From contig CP169074.1 in assembly GCA_041891055.1 (NCBI GenBank), forward strand, positions 320,001-384,000: 64,000 bases of DNA, given 5' to 3'. Every line of letters begins with the position of its first letter. The stretch's first letter is position 1. This DNA is from Halorutilales archaeon Cl-col2-1 (GTDB lineage Archaea; Halobacteriota; Halobacteria; Halobacteriales; Afararchaeaceae). A program made the position numbers and the translations under genes. Shown here in pieces: positions 62,214-64,000 of the stretch. The notes below the pieces were generated by a model that did not search any database, was not told where the DNA came from, and saw nothing but the letters and a program-made list of their open reading frames with translations.

Positions 62214-63302
62214 ATGGACGAATCACTCATAGAAGACGCGCCGATAGAGGAGAGGTCGCTCCTGCCGAAGCCGGGATTCTTCGTCCCCGACTCGGTACGT
62301 GAGAAGAGGAAGGAGGAGAAGATACGTGACGGACTTTCCGAACACTCTACTGTGATGATAGTCGACGGCGACCCCGACGGTCTCGCGGCGGTCGCTGTTG
62401 CCGAGACGGTCTTCGACGACCTCGGCTATGTCTATACCTCGCCCAACGACCTCGACGAGACACTCGAAAGAGCCGTCGACTACGTCGAGGAAGGCGCGAC
62501 GGTCTACGTAGTGGATCTCGCGCTCGACTCCCTCGAAGAAGTCGACGACGAGTACGAGACACTAGAGGTTCTGACGGAGGTCGCCGACATCTACTGGTAC
62601 GACCACCACGAGTGGGACGACGAGACCGTCTCGGCTCTCAGAGGCTTCGGAGTCGACGTAGTAATCGGGGACAGCGACGAGGTCTGTTCGGCGGACGTCG
62701 TCCTCAGCGAACTTGAGAACGAGGGGTATGTCTTCGGTGACTGGGTCTACGAACTCGTCGACGTCACCCGCGACCACGACCTCTGGATAAAGGAAGATCC
62801 CCGATCGGACGACTTAGCCGACTTAGGTGTCTATCTCTCGCCCGACGACTACCTCGAAGTCATACGTGACGGTCCCGAGATAGGCGACGAAGAGGAGGAT
62901 CTTCTGAAGGAGAAACGAGAGGAGAAGGAGAAACTCATACAACTCGCAGTCGAGAGGGCGGAGTTCGAAGACATCGGGGAGGTCTCGGTCGCACTGACTT
63001 ATGGGAGATGCTCACAGAATGAGGTCTCGGAGAGCCTAAGGCAGGAGGGAGCCGACGCTGCAGCCGTCATAAAGCCGTCCGGCGGCGTCTCTCTCAGAGG
63101 GAGCGACGGCTTCGAGAGATGCCACGAGGTCGCGAAGCTTCTCGGTGGCGGCGGTCATCCTCGCGCAGCAGGCTGTAAGCCCGACATCTTCGACACGATG
63201 TTCGACTACCTCAGACACTGGACACAGGAGGGCGACGAGTCCAAGTCGGAGATACTCGGGGCTTTCGAGGAGGTCGTCTCGGACTCCGTGACACACGACT
63301 GA
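62214..63302 (+). CDS. DHH/DHHA1-family phosphoesterase
   Basis: DGDPDG, VVDL, YDHH, GGGGHPRAAG. Confidence 0.9.
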   Translation: MDESLIEDAPIEERSLLPKPGFFVPDSVREKRKEEKIRDGLSEHSTVMIVDGDPDGLAAVAVAETVFDDLGYVYTSPNDLDETLERAVDYVEEGATVYVVDLALDSLEEVDDEYETLEVLTEVADIYWYDHHEWDDETVSALRGFGVDVVIGDSDEVCSADVVLSELENEGYVFGDWVYELVDVTRDHDLWIKEDPRSDDLADLGVYLSPDDYLEVIRDGPEIGDEEEDLLKEKREEKEKLIQLAVERAEFEDIGEVSVALTYGRCSQNEVSESLRQEGADAAAVIKPSGGVSLRGSDGFERCHEVAKLLGGGGHPRAAGCKPDIFDTMFDYLRHWTQEGDESKSEILGAFEEVVSDSVTHD

Positions 63303-63386
63303 GGAATCCCACAGCCGTCCGAGAGTTTCACACGATGAAACTCTGGTTTCGTATTTAACTACTTTCGGCTGTATCTTCGAAACACG

Positions 63387-63650
63387 ATGTCACCCACTGC
63401 TAAGAGAAGACTCAACGACGACCAGAAGGCTATACTTGAGTACCTCAAGGAAGTCTCAGAGGACGGCGTCGTATTCCTGAAGAGCAAGGATATATCACGT
63501 GAGATTGGTATATCAACGAAGAAAGTCGGAACTAACCTCGGACGTATCTCCGACTCCGCGGACGTGACCATAGAGAAATGGAGTGACAGCAACGCGACGA
63601 CCTGGAAGGTCGAGAGCGAGTCTACGTCGGATTCGAGGCACACGGCATAG
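63387..63650 (+). CDS. Small winged-helix protein
   Basis: ILEYL..FLKSKDISREIGISTKKVG..IEKW..ATTWKV. Confidence 0.75.
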   Translation: MSPTAKRRLNDDQKAILEYLKEVSEDGVVFLKSKDISREIGISTKKVGTNLGRISDSADVTIEKWSDSNATTWKVESESTSDSRHTA

Positions 63651-63709
63651 CACAGGAGATACAAGGTAGTGCGGGATATTTTAGTTTAGTAGGTACAGTG
63701 ATCTGACCG

Positions 63710-64000
63710 ATGGACGCCGACAGACACGAAGAGGTGATAGATGCCGTCCACAACGACCACGCGCGTGAGATTCTCGTCCGCGCCTCCGAGGAGCCGGTGT
63801 CGGCGTCATGTCTCATTGAGGAGATGAACGCCTCGAAGCCGACCGTCTACCGACAGCTCGACGACCTAGAGAATCTGGGTCTGGTCAGGTCACACAAAAA
63901 GCCCGATCCCGACGGACACCACCGTGACGTCTATATCACAGCCGTCGAGGAAGTCCGTATACGTATAGAGTCGGGAGAGTACTCTGTCGACGTCGAAAAA
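63710..64000 (+). CDS. ArsR-like winged-helix regulator (truncated by window edge)
   Basis: MDADRHEEVIDAVHNDHAREIL..ASKPTVYRQLDDLENLGLV..DPDGHHRDVY; open to the end of the window. Confidence 0.8.
   Translation, partial: MDADRHEEVIDAVHNDHAREILVRASEEPVSASCLIEEMNASKPTVYRQLDDLENLGLVRSHKKPDPDGHHRDVYITAVEEVRIRIESGEYSVDVEK

Noticed and set aside
63322-63344. AGAGTTTCA-CACGA-TGAAACTCT hairpin as a family member
   Set aside because: It has a 5-nt loop without C-G closure and no direct repeats; more likely a terminator or operator.

Overview
64-kb window from an extremely halophilic archaeon of class Halobacteria. This is inferred from the strongly acidic proteins, frequent leaderless starts and archaeal markers (PAN, Dph5/Dph6, geranylgeranyl reductase, aRF1, archaeal-type RNase P RNA). 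Most of it is housekeeping: trpF-trpE-trpG, a glnA-amt-glnK-nadE cluster, pncA/pncB, alaS-thrC, two soluble chemoreceptors, four orphan histidine kinases, tRNA-Ala(GGC) and tRNA-Glu(TTC). It also holds an intact IS6 element, IS200/IS605 and IS5 remnants, and an accessory region after tRNA-Ala. The most striking signal is a family of tiny structure-defined insertions: 17-21 nt hairpins with variable stems but usually a C-(R-N-A)-G triloop on one strand. They occur as ~26-nt singlets, 43-51-nt doublets with short flanking direct repeats, and an 8-hairpin array abutting tRNA-Glu. They interrupt a dead IS5 transposase four times, a tnpB remnant, a small zinc-finger ORF and probably two helices of the RNase P RNA. 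I saw none in intact protein-coding genes. All coordinates, alignments and counts were done by eye; no database searches were run.
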